A DNA stretch of 64,000 nt from assembly GCA_030704615.1 (NCBI GenBank), contig CM060732.1:72912001-72976000 (forward strand), read 5' to 3'. Positions 26,230 to 40,654 of this stretch are shown one piece after another (positions within the stretch are counted from its first letter, which is position 1; each line of letters opens with the position of its first letter). The position numbers and the translations under genes were made by a program. The notes under the pieces are model-generated. The model was not told where the DNA came from. It worked only from the letters and a program-made list of their open reading frames with translations, and ran no database searches. This DNA comes from Takakia lepidozioides. Its lineage: Eukaryota > Plantae > Bryophyta.

Positions 26230-26957
26230 TAGTGTTGGGCGGCAGCCGGACCCAGGTTAATTGCCGGTTTAGGCAGGTTAACCGGAACTGGCCAGTTCTT
26301 GCATAACCTGATCCAGAACCTACCAATGGGGATTGGCGGAGAACCAAACCGGGTCCGGTGTGAGAACCTGGGCGCATGGGGATAAAAACAGGTTCGGGTT
26401 CTTGAACCCTTGGTGGCCTTGGCATAACATGGCATAACCCTAGAGAGCAGGTGGCCCCATGGTTTAATGCTCTCAAGCTCCATGAGATCCTGGGTTCAAT
26501 GCTTGAAGGCCATGACATTCTATGTTCAATGCTTCAACACCATGAGATCTTGGGTTCAATCTCCAACTCCATGATATCCTGGCTAAGTTCATTAATCAAA
26601 ATGTTAGAAAATGCCAATACTTGCCAGATAGCTGAATAGTAATTTCAACCCATAAATTGTTGGATTTTAGTTCAAATATGTGAATACATTGCTATTTAAT
26701 CTCCCGGACTGATAAAATATTTTAAATCTAATTAAATTAAACAAATATATTATAAAAATAGAACTGGAACCTAACGGGTTATTATCAGCAACTAACCAGT
26801 AACCGGAACCGCCCCCATGTTTAAAAGTTGTTTCTGGACCCGGACCGGAACCGGCTCAATAAAAAAAAAACGGAACCGGATCCGGAACCGTCTCTTGAAA
26901 TATTTGTGGAACCGGAACCGAAGGTTCCTTCACAAATGCAAGAACCGCCCAACACTG
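26230..26957. mobile_element. hAT-like MITE with 8-bp TSD GTCCCTAC
   Basis: TSD at 26222-26229 and 26958-26965; TIR TAGTGTTGGGCGG / CCGCCCAACACTG; subterminal AACCGG repeats. Confidence 0.9.
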
Positions 26958-27247
26958 GTCCCTACCCTGTGGGACAGGGCCAACAAACACACATCAAATT
27001 TAAGGAAAAGCTTATAGGTGTTAGGTGACCCCAGGCCCCGGGAAGACTCCAATACCCCGGGAAGATTCATAGAATAAGGGTTCCGGGCCTAGGGGATGTG
27101 AAGAATCTATGTAGCCTAGGATACATTCCTACAAAGATCTACAGCCTAGGCCCGGGCCTAGGGTCCCAGGCTACCTGCTTATATATACGTTCCGTATATC
27201 ATGTACACAAGATTAACTTATATGTGGGCAAAGGCAGCGCCGGTTAA

Positions 27248-28353
27248 CCCTTAAGTGTCAAACCGACCCGTTTTGGGTCGGTTAGGTTTCTTCAACCAGC
27301 CATAACTTCCTGTGGTTAAGGCTGATTGACCTTTTTTTTGGCTCAATCGACAAATAATCGGGTCCCCCTTCATATGGCATTGGCCAATTGGTCAATGCCT
27401 GAAGGGGTATGGGTCTGGACCAATTGGAAGGGGGCACACTCAGCTTTTTGAGGCCAATTTGGGCCCCCTAACCTGCCCAAGTTGCTGACATGGCAACTGC
27501 GGTCAGGTTAGGGTGACTGAAAGATACCCCATAAAGGTTAGGGAGGCACGCTCCCCCAAACCCCTTGATTGCCCGGCAGGGGCATGGGGCATGGCGCAGG
27601 TCTGGGCATTCCCAGGGCCTGGGCCCTAGCCTGCGATGGCAGCTCCGGCTAATGCCATGCAGGGCGGGCTGGAGGGAGTGCAACCGCGATGGCGGCAGAG
27701 CTCCGGGCTCAAGAAAAACGCCCGGGGGGGTGGGCCAAACCTAGGGTGGGGTTTTGTAGGGTTGAGGGTGGAGTGGCCCCCAATGAAAGCAGGGCCGGGT
27801 AGCCAGAGGAGCTCCCAAACCCCGCGCCCTACTGGGCTATGGCTCCAAATATCCTAGGCCTGCATGCTATACCAAAGGTGTGCCATTTGAAGTCTTGGGC
27901 AGGGAACCTAAGGATGGGGTGCATTGGCTGATTGGCCTCAAAGTTTTTCGGGGACTTCATATGGAAGCCCATGACATTTCAACCGGAGGGATTAGGGATT
28001 GACCGGCTGAATGTTTTTGTATAATTTTAGGAAGAGAGATTTTGGCCTGCCCAAAGAAAATGACATATTTTGACCCCCAATTTGTCACTACAAAGGAGCC
28101 CACTTGAGAACATTTCAGAAAAAACTGAAATTTTATGAGAATGGGTGTTATCAGGTATGGAACAACATTCTTGAGACTCTCAAACAGAAAAAAATTATAA
28201 ATGCCCAAATACGAGCAAAAAACTGCTTTTTTTGGCACCTAGTTCTCAGTGGAGATTTTGTTTTGTCCCCACTCTACACTTTATAATCTTCAGATCTGGG
28301 CCAGGGTCATGTTTTTCCACGAGAGGGTGAAAATGAGTTTTGACACTTAAGGG
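27248..28353. mobile_element. piggyBac-like non-autonomous element (TTAA TSD, CCC..GGG ends)
   Basis: TTAA at 27244-27247 and 28354-28357; perfect 15-bp TIR CCCTTAAGTGTCAAA. Confidence 0.8.
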
Positions 28354-29236
28354 TTAAGTTGGCATGAATACATACTTGCGACTCTTAAGGAACACAGATG
28401 ACAACACATTACCGATAACTACCACCAATGAAATTAATGGTACATTTGTCTCTCTCTTCTCTCTCCCACATTAACACTTTGGCTCTCGCTCCACAGGTGT
28501 TTCCCTTTTTTTTTTTTAAAAGACTTTGTAAATCTTGAGGTGAGCCCAAGGGCTGCCAATGTTTGTTGGGTTGTTTGCGCTTAAGGCGAGTTGCTGAATG
28601 GTGTGTTTTCCCCCTGAATGTCTCATAGAAAAAAAAACAAGTGAAACACATGGACAGTACTTGTGACCTCTAGTTGATGATTGGCCCTGTCGGGGTCTAA
28701 TTGTTGGGCATCCCACATACAGCAGGGTGACTCCGCTTGTGTGAAGGGCTTTCTTGAGATATCTTGGGAAACCCAAACTAATTGTCTTTACCTCACACTA
28801 CGGGAGAGAGCCCCACACAAAGGTGGTCTCTGGTCTTTTGTTTGGGCATGGGGTCCATGTCCACAAGGCTACAGCAAGGGTCGTCCTATGAGTACATTCT
28901 CTCCCACAGTATGGGTTGATTTAACCACCATCAAAATACCCAAAAAACAATTAGAAAATTAGTTGATGTTGCATTATTTCCATTTATTAGTTTGGATGTC
29001 ACATCACAAACTCAGATTTAGCAATGAATTTTGGGCTGCAGGTATAACGAGTGCTGCTAACCTGCACCGGGATTGTGCCTAGAGACAGGAGTATTGCAGC
29101 TTGAATACAGTAAAATGAATTTGTATTTACAGCCTGATATAGGACAAAGTATGTACTTTCCTCTTCTTCAGAAGACCAGTGCTACAAGTTTGTTTTACAG
29201 CGACAGAGAGTGTGAAAATGATCAGCACTTTCTGAT

Positions 29237-32200
29237 TCAAAGAGACTGGCGAGGTCGCACACCACGCGGCCCTCGTTTAGAGCCTCGCTTACCTGGTGAC
29301 CCTGAACTACTGTAACCATAAACTTCATCTTCATACTCTTCCCATGCTCCCCGCCTTCCAACATAGCTGAAGGCACTGTCTGCAATTGCATCTTTGTCTG
29401 GAACATAGCCTGCAAAGACAACATTGTAGAGCTTTCTGAGACAAGTTATATTTTCAATTCCTACTGTTTCCACTGCACGAACATTGATTTGCATCAAACA
29501 AGTAAAATAAGACATTTTCCCACAACCAGTAAAACACAACATTTGTGGAACAAATGTGGGCAACTCACCCAATCTTGATGCCCAACTATAGGTTTCTTGA
29601 GGATCTTCAATTGGTGATCGCAACCCCCCCATCATAGAGAGGACAGAACTGCCACCACTACTGTCATATTCACCATCCAACCTGCCACTGCCGTAGCTAT
29701 CGTATAACCTTCTCTCAATCACAACCTTGAACTTGTCATCTCTTGTCCGCACCTATGGTCAGCATGTGATGAAATGCTTAATTTACTGCTCATCATGACT
29801 AGTGATCGTACTTGCAACTATACAAACAGAGACAAGTATGTAAATACAAACAGAGCAACCACCATAGCAGTTGCCAACCAACGTCATGATTCCGTCAGAA
29901 GCTCAAGGTACAGCTTGCCTAGACAAACTGCCCCCACACAAACAATGGCCTGAAAACATATTTCTTCTCCCTAATTTCAGGATAAATAAGAGAATTATTG
30001 GCCAAATAACACACCTCAACAAAAGGCCTGCGTCCATGCAGCACTGCATCCACACTTTTGTCTGTCTGCACAGACCACACCATGTTTCATTGCTTACACT
30101 TAATTTTCCTCATTGACTTGCAGGCATATCCACATTGAACTAAAGAAGATACGACTGTGTGCATAAAAAACATGTGTAACCAGCTGATATAAATAGTTGT
30201 ACCTGGTGTGCTACCCAGTGACTGCGTTCTCTCATTTCTATCAACAAGGGAAACGTTGGAGGAGCCTTGCGCTCGAGGACACTCTTCTGTGTACCTCTGG
30301 CACGAGCTTCTTCATCACCAAGAGTAACAGTTTGCACACCACCCACCTATGTGCACAACCATCCACGTGATCCATCAGTCTAGCTCTCATTTTGCTTTCT
30401 TTGGAATTTAATTATGTCAATTACACTGACAGACCGAGATAGATGCACTCACATGAATGAATTCCTGTGCAGTTTGGCAATAGTGCAAATTCAGACTAAG
30501 ATATAGGAAATTACACATTGATTAGAAGCCAGACAGAACAACTACGACAATCTGTACCCACTGGGTAGGAATTAGAGCGAAGGCACCAGCTCAGCACATT
30601 CCCACAAACCTGCTGCTGGTAGAACCTTCTTGGCAACTTCCCTTAGACCCTCTTTCTGCAAAGAGGGTTTAGCATGGCCCAGGCACGTTATCTATCCAGA
30701 AATGATCCTGCTCAAGACCTCCCCACATCTAAAGAGCCACTGTATAAAGCTAATGAAGTAAAATCGTCACACTCCACAGGCTCTTTGACAGACTGATGAG
30801 CAGGAGAAAATAAACAAACTCACCAAGTCACAAAGGGTGGGGTTTTTAATGATGTTTTCCAGCATTTGACCATGTGCAGTGCCCACGAGCATGACACCCC
30901 GCTCTGCAATGGTTCGACAGGCCAGAGCCTCAGCTTCACTGCCAATTTCATCCACAATTACAACCTCTGGCATGTGGTTCTCTACAGCCTCCACCATCAC
31001 CTTGTGTTGCATTGATGGGTCTGGCACCTGCATGCGGCGTGCCCCACCTATTGCACCATGTGGCACATCTCCATCCCCGCCTATTTCATTGCTTGTATCC
31101 ACTATAACCTGCACACACATCCAGCCCCTGCCTCAGACCTTCTTTCGATTACCTCATGCATCAATTCACTAAAGTCGGAGGTGCTTGAGCATCTCAAGCA
31201 CCATACTGAGGATGCCAGCCAACATAGAAGAGTGTGAAGGCTTGAAATATTTCTCCACCTGATAGTTTTTACATCACCAAGAGAACTGCATTCTAGCCAA
31301 AGTCAAACCTCCACTTCAACCATGCACCCGACAATACGTAAGGTGATGAGCAATCATGCAAATTCACCAGGAATATGCACAGGAGCATGATAGGGCCAAC
31401 TAAAACAAACAATGATGAGTCTGGCACGACTCAGAAACCAAAGGCGGACAAAGAAGCAGCTACACAATGCTACCCATGCTCACCACGCGCTTGTGTAGCT
31501 CATCAGCGAGAACGCGAGCAATCTCTCGGATGACTGTCGTTTTGCCTACTCCTGGCCTGATTTCCATCCCACTAAGGCTCCTCAATACCAAACCACATAA
31601 GCAGAAAACCCCAACCACCAGCCAGAACAAAACCAGTTCATGATTCTCTTCATTCTGCAAATGCATCTTTAATCAGGAAAATTGATCATCGCCACCAAGT
31701 GGAGAAAGACAGCCCAACATTGGAATACAGTGATATGCCTCCATGCTATTCTAAGCTAAAAAGTAAATTGATGCATCATACCAGCCCTTTTCCCAAATGT
31801 AAGTAGAAAGTTCATAAACAAAACCCACCAGCAATCAAGTACAAATTTGCCTTGTATCTGCACAACCTCTACAGATAAACAAAGATTTGCAATCAACGGC
31901 AACTTGAATCTCTCATAAGCAGTATTGTGCGTTACAGCACAAAATCTTACTGAAAGGGCAAAGATGGCATCCATTTCACCAACAACTGATCCTGATCTGC
32001 TAAAACACAAATGAAAGAGGGAATAATTTCTCTTACCTTCCCAAAAAGAGAATGCTTTGGCCCGCATGGAGAACATCCCGCACCATATCAATATGTCCTG
32101 TCACTGCCCTCCCTACGCGGCATGTGAGCCCCACTATTTGGCCTTTTCGACTGCGAATGGCAGAGATACGGTGCAGGGTGCCTTCTATGCCTGCTCTATT

Positions 32201-34402
32201 GTCACCACCAAATTCTCCTATTGCACTTTGTGCTGCTTGCAGGTCTTCCCGTGTTATCTGCTGCCCACCAGCCCAGAACTTATATCCCTGTGGAATTCTC
32301 TAGGGGTTTGTAATCTGCAACTATGGTCTGCATTGGGCAAAGCCCAGCAAATGGATAGAATAAAAGCAATCTGCCCAAAAGACATTCCCAAAAACTTGCA
32401 AGCTTTGTCAAGGTTCCAGAAGAAACCTCTTCAGTTCGTAAGTACTCCCCAGCACCATCACCTAGGAACCGTGCTTCAGGGCGCCGACCCAGGTCCAAAA
32501 CAACCTGTCCATGCGGTGTAGCAACATACAATGCATTCAGGTGGAGACAGTTACAGTGACAAATTTTTCAATGCACTAGGTAAGCAAGCATTTTCCAGTA
32601 ATACCATATTTTTTTGATGATTTTGACATCTGAAACCTGTTATCTCCAACTGGATCCTAACAAACCTTTACATGAACCATCACAGTACACACAGAATATG
32701 TAGTTCGATGCCCTAGTTCTTCACCACTGCATAAATAGAGAGTTCCTTTACTCGTTGAAAATCTGCCAAACATTTGCCTTGCAGAAACTCTGCACAGATA
32801 GCTACAGATGACAGAAAGCTGCATCACACCATTTCCTCTTCATTCAAATCTACAATTAGACACAGAGGAATAGTATTGCACCTCCAAAAGCTCTGCTCTG
32901 CGGGTATGCTGCAGTAAATGTCCCCGAAGGTCTTCTGGTAGAACCTGTAGTCATCCCATTATTGTATTATAACCAAGGCCCTGCATAGACTTTGCATTTC
33001 CACTACTTATGAGTTTAGTTATACCACCAAAACACTCAAAAATGTCACTTGGATTTATGAGTCTGACATCTGACCTCCAAACTTCCCCAGGCTTTAAATA
33101 CAAATGAATGCAGGTCACATTCATGTGTTCCCCTCACAAGGAAACAGATCCGCTGGGTCCTAAGGGTATTCTTACAGCAAGCCATATTCTCTACAGCATA
33201 CTGCCCCATTCAATTTAACTCACCAAGCCTATCTTCCACCAAAATTGCCGCTGGAAAAGCTGTCTATAGCATCTATTACCGGTCTTTGCATTCCTTGCTG
33301 TTATGATGTTCTACATAGGATCTTCTCAGTAGTTGAAAACCAAGTGGCGCTCTAAATATCAAAAAATCCATCAAACGTCCATCATCACAGGTCATGTCAT
33401 GACCCACAATGTCAGTAAAGCATAATACTTGCTGAATCCACCAACCTGTTCGTCCTATCTTTCCCAGTGATCCGACCTTGGTTGCCCTACATTCCTCCTT
33501 CCCTTCTACCTAGTAATATCAATTGCTTGATAACAAAGACGGAGAAATCGAGAGGACGGGAGCAATTAATAGCTAAGATGCACCAAAAGAAAATGGCGCC
33601 ACAATGAGAGCAGCAAAAGGCTAGAGCTCAGATATGCACAACAGTCTATCTGGGAAAGGGGAAAGACAGCTGGAATGAAGTGGTAATAGAAATAATCAAC
33701 TCAGCAGAGAAAAGGAAATGACATGTAAGAAGGTCCAGATAATTCCGCCTACTTTTCGTAAACAAGATCCCAGGCTTGATTGATAATGGTAGAACTTCAG
33801 GCATAGTAACAGAAATGATTCTTCAGAAACAACAAACTCAGAATCAGCGCCTACAGACTCTGAGTAGGTGGCTGGTTGCCGGCTTGCGCTCCAGTCTCAC
33901 GGAGCTTCAATTATGCCTTTGCCAATCTCATCTTTAGCAGGCTGACAAAATTCTGCAAACGTCAGGGTTTGCTTACCACGGTATAGTATATTCCATTTAC
34001 TTGCAGCATCCTAAGTCAGTCTCAACCACACTTCTTTCCACACAATCTGTGTACTTGCAGGCACCACCACACTCCCGCAAGCTAGCTCACCTGCAAAAGC
34101 ATGTCCAAATCATCGCGCACCATAACAGCGCCATCCTCCATCAAGTTTGGCTCACTCTGGATGGATCCGTTCGTAATCACAATCCCACTGCCTCTACATG
34201 AAATACGTTCGCCTCGCCTGCACAGGCGTAGAGTGGGCTTGAAGAAGGAACAGAATGATGAGATGCCCCGCTTCGAACTCCAGAAAGGGGAATCAGCCCT
34301 ATTGGAAAACCGTTGCACTACGTGCTCAGCTCGGCAGATTATCGACTCGATTCTCCCTAAAGAGCCTGGCAACACACCCATGACTTGGCCACACGTATGC
34401 AT
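29237..34402 (-). CDS. ycf45: ycf45-like (SpoIIIAA-family) AAA+ ATPase, multi-exon, probably organelle-targeted
   Basis: Exons: DDLDMLLQ (~34090), [33 protein letters not shown] (~32040-32505), RPGVGKTT Walker A (~31483-31556), VIVDEIG Walker B and GTAHG (~30824-31108), LERKAPPTF (~30202-30346), 3' exon(s) ~29237-29752. Confidence 0.85.
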
Positions 34403-35879
34403 CCTTGTGGGAGGCACTTGCCTGCAGCTGAAGTGCCTTCCCAAAGCCTCCTCCCACTTTTACTTAGATCAAGCATACACTTCCAAACCGCTTCCTTCCA
34501 GCGTTCTTCTGAACGATTGCAACGAATTTAAACACAATTGGTCCACAGACATGCTGCCATGGGAGGACCCATATCAAAACACTCAGCGCCCACAACAATT
34601 TCACCACTCAAAAGTCCACCCCGAGTCCACCCAAGCAATCTGAGCTACCAGTCCTGGAACTACCCTCTGTCAACCTCAGAGACACGCAGCTCACTAGTTT
34701 CCTACAACTGAGAAAGGTCACAGACACTGCATTAGCACTCCTTCTCTGCAGAAACTTCGAAAGCGCAGCGAGCATATACCCGGCATGATCTTTTGCAGGA
34801 GCTTGCACACGCTCTGCGGGGTAGGTAACGAGCAGCTGGCACGCCATGTGTGGATCGTGCCAATAGAAAACCACCCTGGAGTAAAGCGGCCCGGGCGGGA
34901 GAGCCACTTTACGCATCACATTTCACAGGGATGTCCCACTTGGAATGTACATGCTTCATACCGAATACACCATTTTGAAACGGTTGATGAGGGCAAGTGG
35001 CACTTAGTCGCTCCCACAATAGCCTACCACCCGACAGTCACGGCGTGGAAAGGCCTGCTCTTTCTGGTTGTTATCCGGACTGTTATTTATCCAAGGACTT
35101 TGGTTAAGAAGACTCCCATGATAATCAGGCTCTTGATTGTAGACATGTTGCATGCTCTGGGATTCGTTGTTGACAAGTCTTGTCCAGGTCCTGGATTTAC
35201 TTATACCTTCTCAGCTTTGATGCTCCCAAGTTTTCATCATGCTCTGTCTATACTGTATACCCACTGTGATTTATGATGAGTGAACTTGTATGACTTTGCC
35301 AGGGGTTGGGCCAGAGGGTAACGGGTGGTGCAGCTCTGCTTGTATACATTACATTATCTAAGCCAACAACAGTGTGGGATTGTGGGTAATTTCACCTGCA
35401 TGTGCAACCATCCCTGCATGTTGAAATGTTGAATGGGTCGAGGGTGTGACATACCGACCTGAATGGCAGGTCTTGATCATGGATTCCAGTGTCTGCCTGT
35501 TATGTACAACCTGTGTGTGAACGGTTTCGAAGTTGCTACACAATGCATTTACTGCAGCTGACATCATTTTCCCAGGTAGTCTCTCATACCTTTCTGGGGA
35601 GCAGCAGGCAATACATATTGCAGTTCGATACCAGGTTCAACATTTGTATGGTGTTGCTTTGGCTATGAGAGCCTCAATACACAATGAGCTCGTTTAGGCA
35701 CATTGGTTGCATACTACTTCATGAATGGCACGGGCTGGGCTGGTTTGGATTATAAGACATCCGGCATCAGGGAAGTCACAAGGCTTCCCCCTTAATCTGG
35801 TATGGACTACTGTGAAGCTTCAGATTCAGTCATTGAGGTACTTATTATGTGTTGTTATAGCTTCAACCTCCCAAAGGCC

Positions 35880-36700
35880 AGACAGTAGACGTACAGGGTG
35901 AAGAGGAACCCCACACTTCGTATGCTTCGGCACACATCCTCCTTTTTGTAGCACCTGTATTGCCAAGTGCAGGCATCAGCTTTAATTATGTTAGCATGGA
36001 CCACTTTCCCTTTCCAAGGCTGGCACACATGAAGAATGCTAATGAATGTGACCCTGTCTGGCTTCACCCCTTCCTGTTTTGTTTGCTCATACGTCTCCAA
36101 AGCCTCCACACCACACCCATGCCGCCCATATCCAGCGATCATCACATACCAATAGAATACATTTGCTGAACCATATTGTTGAGCACTTGGCACATATCAC
36201 TCAGCGCTCCAGTATACATGTTAGCCACAGGAGTCTCCAAAATAATATCTGGCAATACTCCAGCTTTGATGACGTGAGTATGAACCGCTTTGGCCTTAGA
36301 GGCTGGCACACATTGACAGACATAAACAAATGTGACCTTGTCTGGTGCTTGCATTGCTGATCTCAAAAGCCTCCATGCTACACACATGCATGGCATATCC
36401 TGCTATTATCGTACTCCACAAACATGTCTCATTGTCATGCATCCCCCATGTTCCTGCATTTTTCGTCCATGTTGACAAGGGTGTTGAGTAGAGAGATGTC
36501 TGGCTTTGACTCCACTTCAGACAATGTTGGCTTGCACCTGTTCCCCTCAGCTAGGCATTTCATCTTGATGCAAATTGACATAGTAGTGGAGTCTATCGAA
36601 ATGCCTCACTGGTTCAGAATGTGCTCCAGCTCTCTCAGTTGTCCTGCCTAACATAGTGTCCTCATATAACTTCTCCTGCCAGAAAAGTTCCTATTGACTT
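35880..36700 (-). pseudogene. Decayed PLS-class PPR fragment
   Basis: MIAGYGRHGCGVEALETYEQ..GVKPDRVTF and related motifs across frameshifts. Confidence 0.75.
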
Positions 36701-37553
36701 TCATATCCCTTTCAAAAGAAGCAGTCCTAGTTGAACTTGGATACCTGATTTGACCCTGCAATCCTGCATGACTCAAAACATTACATTAGAAACCTTTACA
36801 TACAAAACAACTCATGACATGTATTGCGTGCATTAGCTGGGAGACATGTGGATGCAACATCCACCTTCCATTTGGCTGTGGGCACTGTAATTAAACCTAG
36901 TGCATTTGCAGAAAATCTCAGCTAATTCTGCTGATGAAATTAAACAAAGCCTTCACATGAACCATCTTTACCTATCCATTTCATTGTGACGTAATCTAGA
37001 TGGAAGTGGAAACGGTTCTTTGGTAGCATTGTGCGCGCAACCCTCACATTATGTGGATTCATACTTAGAGTACCAAATTCGAAAATTTCCCTTGTACTTT
37101 CTTTGCCAAAGTAGAAGGAATAGGTGCCAAATACCGGACATTCCCCACTTCAAAGAATCATCCTCAACTACTCAGTACTGATAAATTGGGGATAGGCTGG
37201 TGGACCTGGTGAAACCTTTGCTGATGCAGAACTCTAACGTCATGAGGATTTTCTTCATACCAGCTGCTCCTTTAGAGTCTGTTTATAACACCTCCGCAAA
37301 AAGGTATTGTGATTTGAAGAAAGGGCAGTACTGTGGGGAAGATGCTCCAGCTCCAAGAAATGTCTTTTCTCTCTCCGTGCTTTCACTGTGGCTCTTAATC
37401 TTAGTTGAACCGCATCATCACCACATCTAGCACACGGAGTGCTGCACGAATCATTTCTTTCAGATTCACTCTTGCTTACAAGAACAAGGGCACATTTTCA
37501 CCATTGCAGCGCCAGGTTTAGAGGAATGTGTTTTCCTCCATGTGCTGCTTGTT

Positions 37554-39857
37554 TCACCAGTAATCTCCACACGAACAAACCCCATCTCGGAAATGGTGAA
37601 AACAGTTGGTATCCCGCACAACAATTGCTCACCCAACAATCTTCGAGATGAACTTGATGGCCTTATGACAGTCACCACACACACGAAGGTTATTGATGAC
37701 ACGGATAGGAGTTCCAGGTGGCGTGCTGATGAGCCCAAATGCTATGGCCAGCTTCTCACTGTGCTGACAAATAGAAACTATCTTTCCACCTTCCTCCAGA
37801 TCATGCAATGCAAAGCCAGTGTCAGCCACATACCCAGCCTCCTTCAAATGTCCAGACAATATCGTTAGCTCTGCAAGGATTACCTCAATTTGAGGATGTG
37901 ATTTGTCTTCCACCAAAAATGAATGCACCCGGTTGTTGATCTCAATGCAGCTATGCCCTGGCACCTTCCTGACACCTAAGTCTTTCATCAGTTTTCTCAC
38001 CTTCGCTTGATCATCCCACCTGCCAGCCGCAGCATAGATATTTGATAGCAGCACATAAGGAGCCGAATCCAGTGAATCCAACTTGATAAGGCATTGTGCC
38101 ACATGTTCTGCAAGCTCCACATTGCCATGAATCCTGCAGGCACCAAGCAGGGCCCGCCACACTGAACCACCGGGTTCAATTGGCATTTTCTTAATAAAGT
38201 CCTCCGCCGCATTGAATCGGCCTGCACGGCCAAGAAGGTCCACCATGCAGCCAAAATGCTCCATTGCAGGAGTGAGGCCGTGATCTTGACTCATGGAATC
38301 AAAGTATCGATTGCCTTAATCCACTAGGCCCACATGGCTACATGCAGAGAGAAGAGATACAAAGGTGATACTGTTTGGTTTCAACCCTTCCTTTTGCATA
38401 TGTTCAAACAGTCGGAGGGCTTCCTTACCGCAGCCATGCTGCCCATATCCTGCTATCATTGCACTCCAAGAGACCACATTTCGCTGGGCCATCTTGTTGA
38501 ACACATGACATGCATCGTTCATGCTCCCACATTTGGCATCTATAAGACTATTCTCCAAGATGATATTGGACCCAATTTTGGCTTTGCTGATGTCAGCATG
38601 AACCTCTGTGCCCTTTGCCAACGCTGCCAAGCTAGCACAGGCATTGAGAACGGAAGTGAAAGTGACCTTATTGGGCTTAATTCCTTCCTGTATCATTTGA
38701 CTATAGGCCTCCAAAGCCTCAACACCACACCCATTTTGAGAATATCCTGCAATTAATGTACTCCATGAGACCACATTTCGTTCGGTCATATTGTCAAATA
38801 CGTGGTGTGCATCCTTCATTCTCCCGCATTTGGCATACAAGTTAACAAGGGCAGCAGTCGCTGAGACCACATTTCAATGAGTCATGTTGTCAAACACTTG
38901 CAGTGCATCCTTAATGCTACCGCATTTGACATACATGTCAGCAAGGGCAGTCTTCAAAACAATGTCTGCTGTAATTCCAGCTTTGAGGATGTGAGCATGG
39001 ACTTCTTTGCCCTTTTCCAGATCTGGAAGGCTGGCACACGCAGTGAGAATGCCAAGAAAGGTAACCTTGTTTGGCCTCACCCCTTGCTGTATCATACGCT
39101 CATATATCTTTAAAGCCTCCCTACCACACCCATGCTGAGCATATCCTGCAATCATAGCACTCCATGAGACCACATTTCGCTGAGCCATACTGTCAAACAC
39201 TTCACAGGCGTCCTTCGTGCTCCCACATTTGGCATACATGGAAGCAAGGGCAGTGTCCAGAACAATATCTGTAGTAATGCCTGCTTTCACAATGTCAGCA
39301 TGGACCTTTTTGCCCTTTTCCAGGGCTGCCAGGGTGGCACACGCATTGACAACACAAATGAATGTGACCTTATCGGGCAACACACCTTCCCCTATCATTT
39401 GCTCATAGACCTCCAAAGCCTCCCTACCACAGCCATGCTTGGCATATCCTGTTATCAGTATATTCCACGTACATATATCTCGTTCAAGCATTCTCTCAAA
39501 CACTATGCGTGCGTCCACCACGCTCCCGCACTTGGCATACATGTTCACAAGGGTGTTCCGTAGATAGATGTTTGGCTTGAACCCACTTCTGGTAATGTGG
39601 GAGTGCACCTGCTTGCCCTCTGCTAAGCCTTTCATCTTGATACAATCCTGCAAAAGACAAATGTAAGTATTGGAGTCTGCGGAAAAGTCTCGTCGGTTCA
39701 AAAGGTGGAGCGCCTCTTTCAGTTGTCCTGCCTTATACAGTAAACCCACATCCCCACAAGTCCTGGAGGGGTTCTTGTTGACTCCCTCCGGTAGTCCTCT
39801 TTTGACGGCAGTGAGCATCGTGGAGGTGCGTAGCTCAAACGACTGGGCCTGATTCAA
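37554..39857 (-). pseudogene. PLS-E-DYW PPR (organellar RNA-editing factor type) with three in-frame stops
   Basis: ORFs 38874-39857, 38316-38870 and 37629-38294 share one frame; HSEKLA, CGDCH and terminal CSCGDYW* (stop 37554-37556); premature stops at 38874, 38316, 37629. Confidence 0.9.
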
Positions 39858-40654
39858 CTCGGCCCTCCTGCATAAATAAGAACTGTTAGTTATAGACCTT
39901 CACGCTCAGAACTAAATCAAGTGGTCTCAAAGGCGAACATATCAATACTCTATACACCTAGCCAACAGTCTTCACAGACTGGTAATCCGTCAGGACATGT
40001 TTTTTGCGTATATAGGGGATTTTTGAACGGTTGCTCTGTACAGGCTGGTAACAATTGTACCAACCCGGGCCAGACCTTACAAAGTCAGCATCTACGTAAA
40101 AACCCCACTGGGCGACCCACATTTTATCGGTCCAATTCTGTCTTCAGGGAGAGAAGCCACTATGACCTCATCAAGAAAAAACGAACTCTGCTCCTGGGAA
40201 TCTGCAAATTTGTGGCTCGTGAGCAAACTAATGAAAGCATTTTGCAAACACCTGGACTCACAGAGAAAGATCCGAAGTGCTGAAGGTCACCGTCTGTGAA
40301 AAAGGAGGGACTGTCTTTCTAAAAGAAACGCCGCGACAGTCCCCCTCCACCAGGGCTCCCCGCAAAGTTTCGCCGAGCTCCTTCCAGCCCCTCCAATTGA
40401 CCATCTAGCCACCTGGGCTTCTTGCAGCTATCCATTCATAGTACCCATTCTTATTCTCGTGCTTGGAAACCTGGTCCTCCGAGATTGATCTGAACCAACT
40501 ACCTCCCCGATTCGAACACGGATCGGTATTCACTGAAAGTCACTAATGCTGTCAACCCACCTTGATTAGGGTTTTTACCGGTATTTGTCGTATAAGAAAT
40601 CTGATAATTTGCTGAAAGTAGATTTTTGCATCCAACGCAAATTTTCGCATAGGA

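Noticed and set aside
34608-35567. ORFs upstream of ycf45
   Set aside because: No recognisable motifs; short overlapping frames on both strands.
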